64,000 bases of DNA from a virus. The translations under genes were made by a program, and so were the position numbers. Of this stretch, positions 47,317 to 57,211 are shown one piece after another. Within the stretch, counting starts at the first letter, position 1, and every line of letters begins with the position of its first letter. The notes beneath the pieces were generated by a model. That model was not told where the DNA came from. It did no database searches and saw nothing but the letters and a program-made list of their open reading frames with translations. Location: the IMG/VR virus record IMGVR_UViG_3300027798_000017, positions 32,001 to 96,000 of that record. One strand, 5' to 3'.

Positions 47317-47582
47317 TGGATAATCACACAAATGGTTGGGAATCAACCACAAAACTACAATTAACACCAGGTGGTGAGCCACAAAAGCACATAATGACTG
47401 CTAATAAACCTTTTGGGTATAAACACAAAACTGATCAAGCAATTGATTTAATAGTAAAAAACCCTACAGTTATTACTCATGATGAGCATGACAAAATGGT
47501 GTTAGAACCAGGTACTTACAGTAAGACAAATCAAATGGAATTTGATCCATTTAACAACACTGTGTCTTATATTTTTGACTAA
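47316..47582 (+). CDS. Small His-containing partner of the DUF6745-like protein
   Basis: THDEHD...LEPGTY...Q.EFDPF; TAATG coupling. Confidence 0.6.
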   Translation: MDNHTNGWESTTKLQLTPGGEPQKHIMTANKPFGYKHKTDQAIDLIVKNPTVITHDEHDKMVLEPGTYSKTNQMEFDPFNNTVSYIFD

Positions 47583-47584
47583 TA

Positions 47585-47613
47585 AAAAAGGGGGACCTAA
47601 ATCCCCCTTTCTT
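47585..47613. terminator. Intrinsic terminator
   Basis: aaaggggga-cctaaa-tcccccttt. Confidence 0.65.
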
Positions 47614-47725
47614 AGTAACAATTAAAATAATCATAAAAAACAAACAGAGTCGAAGCTGTCTGTACAAATATACATGAATTATTGATAATTGGATATTTTA
47701 ATTAACTTTTTTTTAACTTTGATAT

Positions 47726-48157
47726 ATGAGTAATATAAAATTAAAAATAAAAAAGCTGCATCCAGACGCAGTAATACCTTGTTACGCTAAAGCTGGTGAC
47801 GCAGGTATGGACTTAGTAGCCATCAGTGAAGAGTGGAATAAAGACAGTACAATGGTGACATATGACACAGGATTATCTTTAGAAATTCCTGAAGGTTATG
47901 TTGGTCTTTTATTTCCTAGAAGTTCAGTAAGTAAAACAACTTTGAATTTAGCCAATTCTGTTGGTGTAATTGATTCAGGTTATAGAGGTTCTCTTATGCT
48001 TAAATTTAGATACCTTGAAGAAGGTGATGTTTATGATATTGGAGATAGAGTGGCACAACTTGTCATTATGAAATTACCATTTGTAGAAATCATAGAAGTA
48101 GCTGAGTTATCATCATCTGAAAGAGGTGAAGGTGGATTTGGCAGTACAGGAAAATGA
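47726..48157 (+). CDS. dut: Trimeric dUTPase
   Basis: AGMDL, PRSS, NSVGVIDSGYRG, RVAQL, RGEGGFGSTG. Confidence 0.95.
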   Translation: MSNIKLKIKKLHPDAVIPCYAKAGDAGMDLVAISEEWNKDSTMVTYDTGLSLEIPEGYVGLLFPRSSVSKTTLNLANSVGVIDSGYRGSLMLKFRYLEEGDVYDIGDRVAQLVIMKLPFVEIIEVAELSSSERGEGGFGSTGK

Positions 48158-48308
48158 AACATTTGTTTGTCAAAATATTATTCTATTCAAGAAAGTTTGG
48201 TCTAGGTCTTTACTTGGAGAAAATGCCTTTGGTGTTTGCTTACAAGTATAAGATTACATTTCAAATTGCGTGGATAGAATGTTGTATTTTTTTAATCTAC
48301 AAAAAATC

Positions 48309-48680
48309 ATGGAAAAAATTAATATGAAAAGTGCTCAAGTACAGGTTATAGGAGAGCATAGCTCTGTCTATCTGTATACACATGACAATGCAAGTACATT
48401 AGTATCTGTTGTACATGAGGTTCTTTCAAGAAGACAAAGATGGGATGATGCAGATTATCTTACACGTATGATTTTTTGCGCAATGATTCCATATGATAAA
48501 TGGTCTGATGACAAAGGATTTGGAATTGGCAGTCAGTACTGCGTGGATACAAATCTTTTAATTGTTATTAATGTTATCACAAAACACGTAAGTATTAGTA
48601 GCTGTGGAAGTGGTGTTGACAGTGTCACCATGGAATTAGAAGACTTTGTACAAAATTTTTTTAGAAGAGCAGAATTTTAA
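48309..48680 (+). CDS. Conserved phage hypothetical protein
   Basis: VYLYTH...RWDD.DYLTRMIFC.M...GFGI. Confidence 0.6.
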   Translation: MEKINMKSAQVQVIGEHSSVYLYTHDNASTLVSVVHEVLSRRQRWDDADYLTRMIFCAMIPYDKWSDDKGFGIGSQYCVDTNLLIVINVITKHVSISSCGSGVDSVTMELEDFVQNFFRRAEF

Positions 48681-48775
48681 TAGCTATGTAGTACGTTAAA
48701 TTTTTTATATTTCTTATATTTGTACCAAGCTTTTGTTAGAATAGTTTAACTTAGTTCTTTAATATTTTGCTAAAC

Positions 48776-49069
48776 ATGCTATACCAATTACCAAATGGTA
48801 AATGTATTGAGTTGAAAGTAGAACAATATGCTGGAATGTCTGATTTTGAATGGGACAGAATGCTTAAAGAATTAGAGGCTGCTAATTGGGGAGATGAAGT
48901 AAATGATCCTTTTGCGATAAGTGTTTTGTATTATGGACCATCTAAAAAAAGAGATGAGGATTACAATGATGATAACATTATTGAACATGAACCTGATCTT
49001 GTTGATATCTCTGACATAGATAAACTAACTGACAGTGATTTCATTGACATTGACAACATAGAAATCTGA
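48776..49069 (+). CDS. Acidic hypothetical protein
   Basis: MLYQLPNGK; strongly acidic C-terminus; follows TATATTTG. Confidence 0.6.
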   Translation: MLYQLPNGKCIELKVEQYAGMSDFEWDRMLKELEAANWGDEVNDPFAISVLYYGPSKKRDEDYNDDNIIEHEPDLVDISDIDKLTDSDFIDIDNIEI

Positions 49070-49087
49070 GCTTGCTAGATAAATTAT

Positions 49088-49504
49088 ATGCAAGTAAAAC
49101 TTAAAAAATGTTCTAGCTGTGAGCTGGACAAAATGATCTGGAAAAACCATGAGGGTAATAAATACTGCAAAGACTGCTGGTACTCTCAAGAGGTGACTAA
49201 AACACCATCAAACAAAAGATCAATTAAACCAAAATCTGATAAAAAAGACGTACTTGATGTTTTATACAGCAAGATGCGTAAAGAGTTCTTAAATGAACCT
49301 TTAAACTCTACATGTAGAGCAAAATTGCCTGAGTGCATGGGTCAATTCAAGGAGAATTTGACAGTGCACCATACTAAGGGAAGAGGGTTATATTATCTTG
49401 ATAAGAAAACCTGGATACCTTTGTGTTTATCTTGCCATCAATGGGTAGAAACTCATCCAAAAGAAGCAAGAGAAATGAATTTGTCACAATCTAAATTAAC
49501 TTAA
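49088..49504 (+). CDS. HNH/NinG-like Zn-binding endonuclease
   Basis: CxxC pairs; TVHH.KGR...WIPLCLSCHQWVE.HP. Confidence 0.65.
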   Translation: MQVKLKKCSSCELDKMIWKNHEGNKYCKDCWYSQEVTKTPSNKRSIKPKSDKKDVLDVLYSKMRKEFLNEPLNSTCRAKLPECMGQFKENLTVHHTKGRGLYYLDKKTWIPLCLSCHQWVETHPKEAREMNLSQSKLT

Positions 49505-49505
49505 A

Positions 49506-49805
49506 ATGAAAAAGTTTATTGGCTATTTTATAATAGGAGCCACAACAAAACAAGATGCAGTAGATGAAAGAGGATTACTGCTATGGTCATCAAAAAAACC
49601 AAATGCAATTATAAGATTCTTTAACAAAGTTCTTCTAAACATTCAATGGATTGACAAGACAAAAGTTCTTGAAGAAAAAGGTGTTAGAGGAATAAAAGAA
49701 AACAATACGCAAATGTTCAAAGTTGTTCCAAAAAGAGAAAACAAATATGAAAAACCGCGAGATTATCCAAGAAGAAGCCCTAAAGGCGATACAGGGGAAG
49801 CGTAA
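49506..49805 (+). CDS. Hypothetical protein
   Basis: KKPN.IIRFF.K.LL...W.D motif. Confidence 0.5.
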   Translation: MKKFIGYFIIGATTKQDAVDERGLLLWSSKKPNAIIRFFNKVLLNIQWIDKTKVLEEKGVRGIKENNTQMFKVVPKRENKYEKPRDYPRRSPKGDTGEA

Positions 49806-50850
49806 AGCAGGTTTAGGCATATCAATGGGTGTAGGTAAAACTTTAATAGGTCTAAAGTACATTGATAAGTTACACCCTACATGTATGTTTAAACGTTACC
49901 TTATAGTTGGTCCTAAACTAGCTGTATGGGATAGCTGGAAAGCTGAGTGTATTAAGCACAAAATGACTCATTTGCTACCACATTTAGAGTTCTCAACCTA
50001 TCTTTCACTTAAAAAAGTAGACAGCACCATGTATGATGTTGTAATACTTGATGAGTGTCATAGTTTGAAACACTCTCATGATGCATGGCTTAATGCATTT
50101 TCAGGTAAAATTCTTGGTCTTACAGGTACGCCTCCAAGATACAAGTCTTCTGAGAAAGGTGAAATGGTTGCTAATTACTGTCCAATTCAATACACTTACA
50201 TAACAGATGATGCTATTGATGATTCAATTCTTAATGACTATAAAATTATGGTGCACATGTTATCACTTAGTGATGAACGCAACATGAAAGTCAAGAAGAA
50301 AGATGGTTCATTCTTTTTAAATAGTGAGCAAAAAGCATATGCTTACTGGACTGATCAGCTTAGAAGAATCATGTCACCAAAAGAAACGCAGATAAAGCGT
50401 ATTATGAGAATGAAAGCTATAATGACTTTTCCAACAAAAGAACGCTATGCAAAGCAATTATTAGAAATGATGCATGATAAATGTATTGTCTTTTGTAATA
50501 CTACTGAGCAAGCAGATTGGATTTGTGAGGATAGTTATCATAGTAAGAATTCAGATAGTGAGGAAAACTTATATCAATTCAAATCAGGAAACATTACAAA
50601 ACTTGCTTGTGTCCAGCAACTAAATGAAGGTGTTAATATTCCAAATTTAAAAGCTGGTATAATATTACATTCATATAGTAATGAACGTCAAAGTAATCAG
50701 CGTATAGGAAGGTTGCTAAGGTTAAATCCTGATGATAAAGCAACAATACACATTCTTGGTTATAAAAACACAGTAGATATGGACTGGATTGCTGAAGCAT
50801 TGAAAGACATAGATCCTAAGAAAATTGTTTATACAGAACCATATGCATAA
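49747..50850 (+). CDS. Superfamily II (UvsW/SSL2-like) helicase
   Basis: MGVGKT, LDECH, GLTGTP, LNEGVNIP, QRIGRLLR. Confidence 0.85.
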   Translation: MKNREIIQEEALKAIQGKRKAGLGISMGVGKTLIGLKYIDKLHPTCMFKRYLIVGPKLAVWDSWKAECIKHKMTHLLPHLEFSTYLSLKKVDSTMYDVVILDECHSLKHSHDAWLNAFSGKILGLTGTPPRYKSSEKGEMVANYCPIQYTYITDDAIDDSILNDYKIMVHMLSLSDERNMKVKKKDGSFFLNSEQKAYAYWTDQLRRIMSPKETQIKRIMRMKAIMTFPTKERYAKQLLEMMHDKCIVFCNTTEQADWICEDSYHSKNSDSEENLYQFKSGNITKLACVQQLNEGVNIPNLKAGIILHSYSNERQSNQRIGRLLRLNPDDKATIHILGYKNTVDMDWIAEALKDIDPKKIVYTEPYA

Positions 50851-51232
50851 TACAACAATCAAAGTAATTATTAATGGCACTGAGATATTGCCTGCGTCTC
50901 CAGAAGATGCAGGTAAACTCAAGTTGTTTAACATGGGTGTTAAAAAAGGACAGGAGCTAGAAGCTTACATTACTGTTCTTACAAATGACGATAAAACAGC
51001 AGGGCAACTTGCTAAGGTTCACGCACTTATACGTGAGATTGCAAACTCAACTGGTCATTCTATTGATGAAATAAAAATGATAGTAAAAGAAAAAGCTGGC
51101 CTCTACATTGTAGCAACCAGCTCTTCATCAGCAGGTTTTAAAAGTTTTGCAGATTGTTCTAAACAAGAAATGTCAGCATCAATAGAAAGTTGTATTGCAC
51201 TAGGACATGATCTTGGAATTTATCTTTACTGA
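50843..51232 (+). CDS. NinB/Orf-like recombination accessory protein
   Basis: KTAGQLAKVHALIREIA..TGH...K...KSFADCSK.EMS..IE. Confidence 0.5.
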   Translation: MHNTTIKVIINGTEILPASPEDAGKLKLFNMGVKKGQELEAYITVLTNDDKTAGQLAKVHALIREIANSTGHSIDEIKMIVKEKAGLYIVATSSSSAGFKSFADCSKQEMSASIESCIALGHDLGIYLY

Positions 51233-51600
51233 TTTGATGATTCTTCTTGATCTTCTAACCTTTCTTCAGCTTTTTCCATAGCATCGCGAAGTTCAGCAAT
51301 AGTCATTTTTTCAAAAAAGTCAGCTTCTTTTGCAGCTTTTTCAAATTCTCTACAAAGAATTAAAAGAGTTTCATATTGAACAATCCAAGATTTTGACACT
51401 TTACGTGATGCAATTTCCTGATGAGATGCTTGCACCTCTGATACAGGTTTACCTTCTAAAAGAAATGCAATAACATTTTGAATTCTTTTATAGTATCCTG
51501 TACTCATTTTGATGCTTACAATAGCATCTTCTTTAATGACCTCTACCATTTGATCATCTGATCCTGATGGTAAGAATGATTTAATTACTTCTTCTGACAT
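51226..51600 (-). CDS. Lone antisense-oriented hypothetical protein
   Basis: Fills the gap between + genes; own TAACTTTG element at 51617-51624. Confidence 0.6.
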   Translation of the reverse strand: MSEEVIKSFLPSGSDDQMVEVIKEDAIVSIKMSTGYYKRIQNVIAFLLEGKPVSEVQASHQEIASRKVSKSWIVQYETLLILCREFEKAAKEADFFEKMTIAELRDAMEKAEERLEDQEESSNQ

Positions 51601-51633
51601 ATAATTTTAATTTAATCAAAGTTACTAAAAGTT

Positions 51634-52377
51634 ATGGAAAAACAAACAATTAAACTTAATGCTAAAGATGTTGCAGAAAAACTGTACAACATGATTAAAT
51701 CAAGTGATTCAGGATGGCATGATTTGCTAAAAGGATTTTTAGTATCTGAGGATTTTGTTACTATAGTCAAGACTCTTGAGGAGCTTGTTAATGATGACAT
51801 AAGGTTTACACCCCCTCTCAGAATGGTGTTCAGGGCATTTACAGAATGTCCATTTGACAAATTAAAAGTAGTGATGGTTGGACAAGATCCATATCCACAA
51901 CTAGGTGTTGCAGATGGTATTGCTTTTAGCTGTGGTAACACTGGTAAAGCTGAAACATCTTTGCGATATATACATCGCGCAATAACAAAAACAGTATACA
52001 GTACTGACGATACAAAAGATTTGAGTACAGATTTATCCACTTGGAGTAACCAAGGTATACTTATGCTAAACACATCACTTACCACTGAGGTTGGTAAAAT
52101 TGGAAAACATTTTGCAATATGGGATCCATTTGTAAAGTATCTTATAGACATGTTAAATTCTAAGTCTATAAACGCAAAAAAACCCATTGTCTGGGCATTT
52201 TTAGGTAAAAAAGCACAAGAGTTAGAGGATCTTTTAGATGATTCTCAAGTTATCTTAAGAGCAAGTCACCCTGCCTCTGCTGCATATGCACGTGAGAAAA
52301 TGTGGGACTGCAATGATATATTCAACAAGATAAATTCTGAACTTAAAAGTCAAAACTCTACTCAAATTGTATGGTAA
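51634..52377 (+). CDS. ung: Uracil-DNA glycosylase (family 1)
   Basis: VVMVGQDPYP, ADGIAFS, QGILMLN..LT, SHPAS. Confidence 0.9.
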   Translation: MEKQTIKLNAKDVAEKLYNMIKSSDSGWHDLLKGFLVSEDFVTIVKTLEELVNDDIRFTPPLRMVFRAFTECPFDKLKVVMVGQDPYPQLGVADGIAFSCGNTGKAETSLRYIHRAITKTVYSTDDTKDLSTDLSTWSNQGILMLNTSLTTEVGKIGKHFAIWDPFVKYLIDMLNSKSINAKKPIVWAFLGKKAQELEDLLDDSQVILRASHPASAAYAREKMWDCNDIFNKINSELKSQNSTQIVW

Positions 52378-52421
52378 TTTGACAAATTTTTATTATATTT
52401 GCTTATCAAAAAAATTTATTT

Positions 52422-53441
52422 ATGTATAACAAACCAGAGGCTGGATCTTCAGCATCTCATGGACCCCCATCTCATGTAAAACCATGGCGTAAGTATAGTG
52501 ATATACTACAAGAAAGCCTTGATTATATTGAGAAACGTGCCAGAAAAGAAATCAAATCTTTAAGAACTTCATGGGAAGGTTTTAATAAAATTGGTCTTAA
52601 TGGTATTGAATGGCAATCATTGTATATTCTTGCAGCAAGACCTGGTGTTGGTAAGACACTTGTCGCAGCAACATTGGCCAGAAATCTACAAGAATTAAAT
52701 ACTGAACAAGATTTTATGGTTTTGCATTTTCAATTTGAAATGCTAGGAAGAAATATGGGCATTAGAGAAATGTCTTCTGCAAACAATATGGATATTAGAT
52801 ATCTACAGTCTGCAGAAGATGATGGTATGCCTCCTTTTTCCAAAGGCGATCACGCAAAATTAGTGGAATACCTTGGTAAACAAAAAACACGTAAAGAATA
52901 TGTTATAGATAGATCAATGACTGTATCAGAAATGAGGTATTGGATTGTGAGCTTCTATGAGGAACATAAAAAACCTTTTGTGGTTACACTTGACCACACG
53001 CTATTGGTTCGCCAAGCAGCTTCAGAAACAAGTAAACAAATTACATTGCAAAATCTTGCCACAATGTTGACTGAGATGAAGAATTCACTACCTGTGACAT
53101 TTATAATTCTTACTCAGTTAAATAGAGACATTGACAATGCTGAAAGACAGAAGCCAGGTAAGTTGGAGAATTTTCCAACTGAAGCAGATGTTTTTGGAAG
53201 CGACTATCTCTTACAATGTGCAGACGTGATGATTGCGTATAACAGGCCAGCCAAGTATAATATAAGCAGGTATGGCCCTCAAAAGTATATCATTACTGCA
53301 AGCGACAAGTATTTACTAGCGATGCATGTTCTCAAAAACAGGTTTGGAGAGACAGGTATTCAATGGTATAAGGCAGATTATGCAAAAATGGAAATTGTTG
53401 AAGTAGATGAGCCTGCAAAGGAGCCATTTAAACCAAAGTAA
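52422..53441 (+). CDS. DnaB-like replicative helicase (C-terminal ATPase domain only)
   Basis: AARPGVGKT, FQFEM, LDH, LTQLNR, ADV, LKNRFG. Confidence 0.85.
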   Translation: MYNKPEAGSSASHGPPSHVKPWRKYSDILQESLDYIEKRARKEIKSLRTSWEGFNKIGLNGIEWQSLYILAARPGVGKTLVAATLARNLQELNTEQDFMVLHFQFEMLGRNMGIREMSSANNMDIRYLQSAEDDGMPPFSKGDHAKLVEYLGKQKTRKEYVIDRSMTVSEMRYWIVSFYEEHKKPFVVTLDHTLLVRQAASETSKQITLQNLATMLTEMKNSLPVTFIILTQLNRDIDNAERQKPGKLENFPTEADVFGSDYLLQCADVMIAYNRPAKYNISRYGPQKYIITASDKYLLAMHVLKNRFGETGIQWYKADYAKMEIVEVDEPAKEPFKPK

Positions 53442-53461
53442 TAATAATTAAATTTTAACAA

Positions 53462-54085
53462 ATGAGTAGTTTTAAAGCTGCAACAGAAACAAAAAAAGAA
53501 AAAGGTATTAAAGAGCTTACTGTGGATTATGCTCCTTTTTGGGAAAACCTTTTTACCAACATGGGTATCTCCAATCCAAAGTTTGGTGCTAAACTCTGTT
53601 ACATGGGTAAAGAGTTTGGAGAAACAAGATTAGAATGTGTGCGTTTTTGGAGTAGTGAACTCTCTTCTGGTCAAGATTTCTATGTAGAAATGTTTGACTG
53701 GGATAAAGAACACTATGATCGCGTAAACAGAAAGTTGTACAGATTGGTTAATAATCCAAACTGGAAACTTAATCCTTCAAAGTATGTAGAAGTAGAAACG
53801 TCTAGTGATGGTAAAACTAACACAACATATGCTGTAAGATCGTCTGATTTAGAATTAGTTAATTCTACATCAGTAACTGCAAGATATGCTGAAGTTATAA
53901 CTGCACCAAGTTTTGGTTATGAAGAAGAAGAAATGCCAGGTGGTATGTATTCTGAGAAAGAAGATACCCATTACAGTGCAATGACCATGCGTGACTACTA
54001 TTGTATCAAACACAATGTGCCATTGTCAAATAAGACATGGTTAAATGACTTAATTAAACAATCAAAATCATATGTCAACAAGTAA
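53462..54085 (+). CDS. Hypothetical replication-module protein
   Basis: C-terminal MTMRDYYCI.H.VP.S.K.WLN.LI. Confidence 0.6.
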   Translation: MSSFKAATETKKEKGIKELTVDYAPFWENLFTNMGISNPKFGAKLCYMGKEFGETRLECVRFWSSELSSGQDFYVEMFDWDKEHYDRVNRKLYRLVNNPNWKLNPSKYVEVETSSDGKTNTTYAVRSSDLELVNSTSVTARYAEVITAPSFGYEEEEMPGGMYSEKEDTHYSAMTMRDYYCIKHNVPLSNKTWLNDLIKQSKSYVNK

Positions 54086-54848
54086 AGAACCAGAAGCAAA
54101 GCCAACAGGTTTTGTTCTTCCAATGCAGAAGTTAAAAGCTGAAGTGAAAAGTCCAAAGAATCTTGTAATATTTAGTAAGCCTAAGGTTGGTAAAACAACT
54201 TTGTTATCACAACTTGATAATTGTCTTATTATTGATTTAGAAGATGGTACTGATTATGTTGAAGCAATAAAACTTAAAGCAAGATCTATTGCTGATATTG
54301 TTACTATTGGTAACATGATCATGGAAGCAAAGAAGCCTTATAAGTACATTGCACTAGATACTATTACTGCTCTTGAATCATTATGCGTACCTTATGCTGA
54401 AGAACTATATTCTAAAACTCTTATGGGTAAAGAATGGTTCACCAAGCATAAAGCACAGTATGGTAATATTTTAAATATGCCAAATGGTGCTGGATACCCA
54501 TGGTTACGTCAAGCTTTTGAGAAAGTTCTTAACTATGTCAAAACCTTAGCACCTCATGTTATTTTTGTTGGTCACATCAAAGATACTCTACTAGAGAAAA
54601 ATGGTGCAGAGTTTAACTCACTTGATCTTGATTTGACAGGTAAGTTAAAGCGTATTACTACATCTAATTCAGATGCTATTGGATACATTTACAGAAAAGG
54701 TAAAAAGAACATTCTTAGTTTTATGACAACTGACGAAATAGCTTGTGGCGCACGCCCTGAGCACTTGAGAAATCAAGAAATTGTTATCTCTGAACCAGGA
54801 GAAGATGGCAATATTGTAACAAACTGGGATAAAATTTATATTGATTAA
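54072..54848 (+). CDS. Sak4/AAA_24-like ATPase (ssDNA annealing)
   Basis: FSKPKVGKTT, IIDLEDG, ALDTIT, GAGY, FVGH, SDAIGY. Confidence 0.75.
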   Translation: MSTSKEPEAKPTGFVLPMQKLKAEVKSPKNLVIFSKPKVGKTTLLSQLDNCLIIDLEDGTDYVEAIKLKARSIADIVTIGNMIMEAKKPYKYIALDTITALESLCVPYAEELYSKTLMGKEWFTKHKAQYGNILNMPNGAGYPWLRQAFEKVLNYVKTLAPHVIFVGHIKDTLLEKNGAEFNSLDLDLTGKLKRITTSNSDAIGYIYRKGKKNILSFMTTDEIACGARPEHLRNQEIVISEPGEDGNIVTNWDKIYID

Positions 54849-54867
54849 TATTAAAAAACAAAAAATT

Positions 54868-55650
54868 ATGTTTAAGTCTAGTGATTTTAAAGAAAAAGCA
54901 GGTGGTAATGGTATTTCAAAAATAATCCAACCAGGTACACACTATTGCAGAATTGTAGATATATATTTGGATGCTCCATCTTATGATAAAGAAGCATACT
55001 TTGTCGCAATCAAACTTGAAGGTGTTGACAGAGGTGATGATTTTGCTGGTTTAGATCTTGATAAAAATAATCCAAGCCTTGGAAAATACAGAGGTCAAGT
55101 TGGTACTATCAAATCTGGACAATATGCATTTAGCACATACACATATGAAGGTAAGCAAATTCAAAGAGATCAACAGATCTATAATTGGATGAATCACCTT
55201 GCAAAGCAAATGGGTATTTTACAAGCAATGAATGAAAAAGGCGTTGAAGGTGAAACTATTGAAGAATATGTTACTGAGGTACGTAAGTATCTTATTGATC
55301 CAGAGTTATGGGGTTACTTTACAATTGCTGGTAAAGAATACTTTAATGAAGGATACACTAATCCAAATTACAGATTGTTCTTACCTAAAGCAGAGCCACG
55401 TAAAAGCTTATATCCATTCTCTGCACTAGAAGATGATGACAGAAAAGCGTTGAACTTGATAGAGTACAACTCTGAAGTTCATATTATTCTATCTAAAGAA
55501 AGACCTGCTACTGAGGAGCCTGCTGAAGAAGTTCAATCTTTTGAGCCAACTACTGGCATTGAACCTAAAACAGATTCTATTGCAGATGATTTTCCAAGTC
55601 CTGGTGATACACCAATGAGTGACATTGAGTTACCATTTAGCAGTAAGTAA
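54868..55650 (+). CDS. Putative SSB (DUF669-like)
   Basis: IQPGTH...IVDI; acidic C-terminus ending DIELPFSSK; directly after the Sak4-like gene. Confidence 0.55.
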   Translation: MFKSSDFKEKAGGNGISKIIQPGTHYCRIVDIYLDAPSYDKEAYFVAIKLEGVDRGDDFAGLDLDKNNPSLGKYRGQVGTIKSGQYAFSTYTYEGKQIQRDQQIYNWMNHLAKQMGILQAMNEKGVEGETIEEYVTEVRKYLIDPELWGYFTIAGKEYFNEGYTNPNYRLFLPKAEPRKSLYPFSALEDDDRKALNLIEYNSEVHIILSKERPATEEPAEEVQSFEPTTGIEPKTDSIADDFPSPGDTPMSDIELPFSSK

Positions 55651-55663
55651 TAATTTCAAAAGT

Positions 55664-55702
55664 TAAGAGGGTGAGCGCAATGCTTACCCTTTTTCTTTTT
55701 TT
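55664..55702 (+). terminator. Intrinsic terminator
   Basis: agggtgagc-gcaat-gcttaccct followed by T-tract. Confidence 0.7.
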
Positions 55703-55715
55703 ATAGATTTGTAAT

Positions 55716-56720
55716 ATGTTTTCAAGTAGAAAGTTTTTTAATTCAGCCAATGATATACCAGATGCTTGGATTTTTAAATATTATCTTGGACTATCACAAG
55801 ACTTTGATGGTAAAACCCTTAGAGTCAAAAGTATTTTCAATGTCAATGACAAAACACCTTCGTTGTTTTTATTTTTTAGCAAAGAGCAAAACAAAATTGT
55901 TTACAAATGCCATTCAACTGGCAAATCTGGAGATGCAATAAAGTTAGTACAAGAATTATTTGAACTTTCATATCTTAAAGCTTCTGAGAAAATTGTTAAT
56001 GATTATTATGAATTTTGCAAAACTGGTAAATACATAGAAGTTGAAATGACGCTGTCTAATATTAAATGGTCTGTTGTAGAACATACAACAAGATCGTGGT
56101 GTAAACATGACGCAGAGTTTTGGTTAAAGTATAACATAGGTAGCAGTATGCTTCAAAAGTATAATGTGTTACCACTTCAATCTTATACAATAGGACAAGT
56201 AAATTCTGAATCTGGAGAAGTGTCAGGTAAAATTGAGAATATTGGTACAAACATTTATGGTTATTTTTCCAAAGATGGTCTTTACAAGGTGTATAATCCT
56301 AAAAGTAAAAGGTTTAAATTCTTTTTACAAAATGGTAATTACACTCAAGGTACTGATCAATTAGAAAATCATACTACACTGGTAATAGCATCATCACTTA
56401 AAGATGTAATGGCTATTAAAAGTCTTGGTTTAACTATAGATTGTGTTGCACCAAACAGTGAAAGTACAAAATTGAGTTTGTTACAAATTGAAAAGTATAA
56501 ATCACTGTATAAACATGTAATAGTTTGCATGGACAGTGATCAAGCAGGTGTAAGCTCAATGAAATATTATGATGAAACGTATGGTTTACCTTTCATTTAT
56601 TTGCCAAGAGAAAAAGACATAAGTGATATTATAAAATATCATGGTAAAGATGTTGCATTACATGATTTTTATCCTAAACTTCAAAATGCAATGGAAAAAT
56701 ATGTCGCTAAAAATCCTTAA
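55716..56720 (+). CDS. DnaG-type primase
   Basis: DKTPS...YKC.STG.SGD; TOPRIM SSLKDVM, APNSE, MDSDQAG, KDISD. Confidence 0.8.
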   Translation: MFSSRKFFNSANDIPDAWIFKYYLGLSQDFDGKTLRVKSIFNVNDKTPSLFLFFSKEQNKIVYKCHSTGKSGDAIKLVQELFELSYLKASEKIVNDYYEFCKTGKYIEVEMTLSNIKWSVVEHTTRSWCKHDAEFWLKYNIGSSMLQKYNVLPLQSYTIGQVNSESGEVSGKIENIGTNIYGYFSKDGLYKVYNPKSKRFKFFLQNGNYTQGTDQLENHTTLVIASSLKDVMAIKSLGLTIDCVAPNSESTKLSLLQIEKYKSLYKHVIVCMDSDQAGVSSMKYYDETYGLPFIYLPREKDISDIIKYHGKDVALHDFYPKLQNAMEKYVAKNP

Positions 56721-56743
56721 ATTTGTGTACTAACATTAAATTT

Positions 56744-57205
56744 ATGAGCAATTGGATTTATAACCCTAACAATGGATTAGGTAAGGAAGTTCTTTCTATT
56801 GAAGACTTTCCCAATTTTGAAGAAGCTGTTGGATTTGTCTATATGATAACCAACACAATTACTGGAAGATTTTACATAGGTAAGAAAAGTCTATACAGTG
56901 AAAGAAAGACAAAGATCTCTATCAGAGAGAAAACGCAGACAAAGACAAGAAAAACTTTCAAGCGTGTAGTAAAAGAATCAACATGGAAATCTTATTATGG
57001 TTCTTGTGAAGAGTTAAAGTTTGAACTTGAACTTGTAGGACCATCTTATTTTAAACGTGAGATTCTAGAAGTGTGTTATTCCAAAAAATACCTTGGATAC
57101 TGTGAGATTTCACATCAAATGAAAAATGATGTGTTAACAGCAAACAGTTATAATGGCAACATTATGGGTAAATACTTTCCATCAGATATGGAAAATTCTA
57201 ATTAA
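56744..57205 (+). CDS. Free-standing GIY-YIG (Seg-like) endonuclease
   Basis: GFVYMITN..TGRFYIGKK...YYGS...F.REIL...YNGNI. Confidence 0.75.
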   Translation: MSNWIYNPNNGLGKEVLSIEDFPNFEEAVGFVYMITNTITGRFYIGKKSLYSERKTKISIREKTQTKTRKTFKRVVKESTWKSYYGSCEELKFELELVGPSYFKREILEVCYSKKYLGYCEISHQMKNDVLTANSYNGNIMGKYFPSDMENSN

Positions 57206-57211
57206 AAATTT

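Noticed and set aside
31014-48702. Invertible segment bounded by the inverted 25-bp sites
   Set aside because: No recombinase in the window and gene orientation is the same inside and outside; an operator role is more plausible
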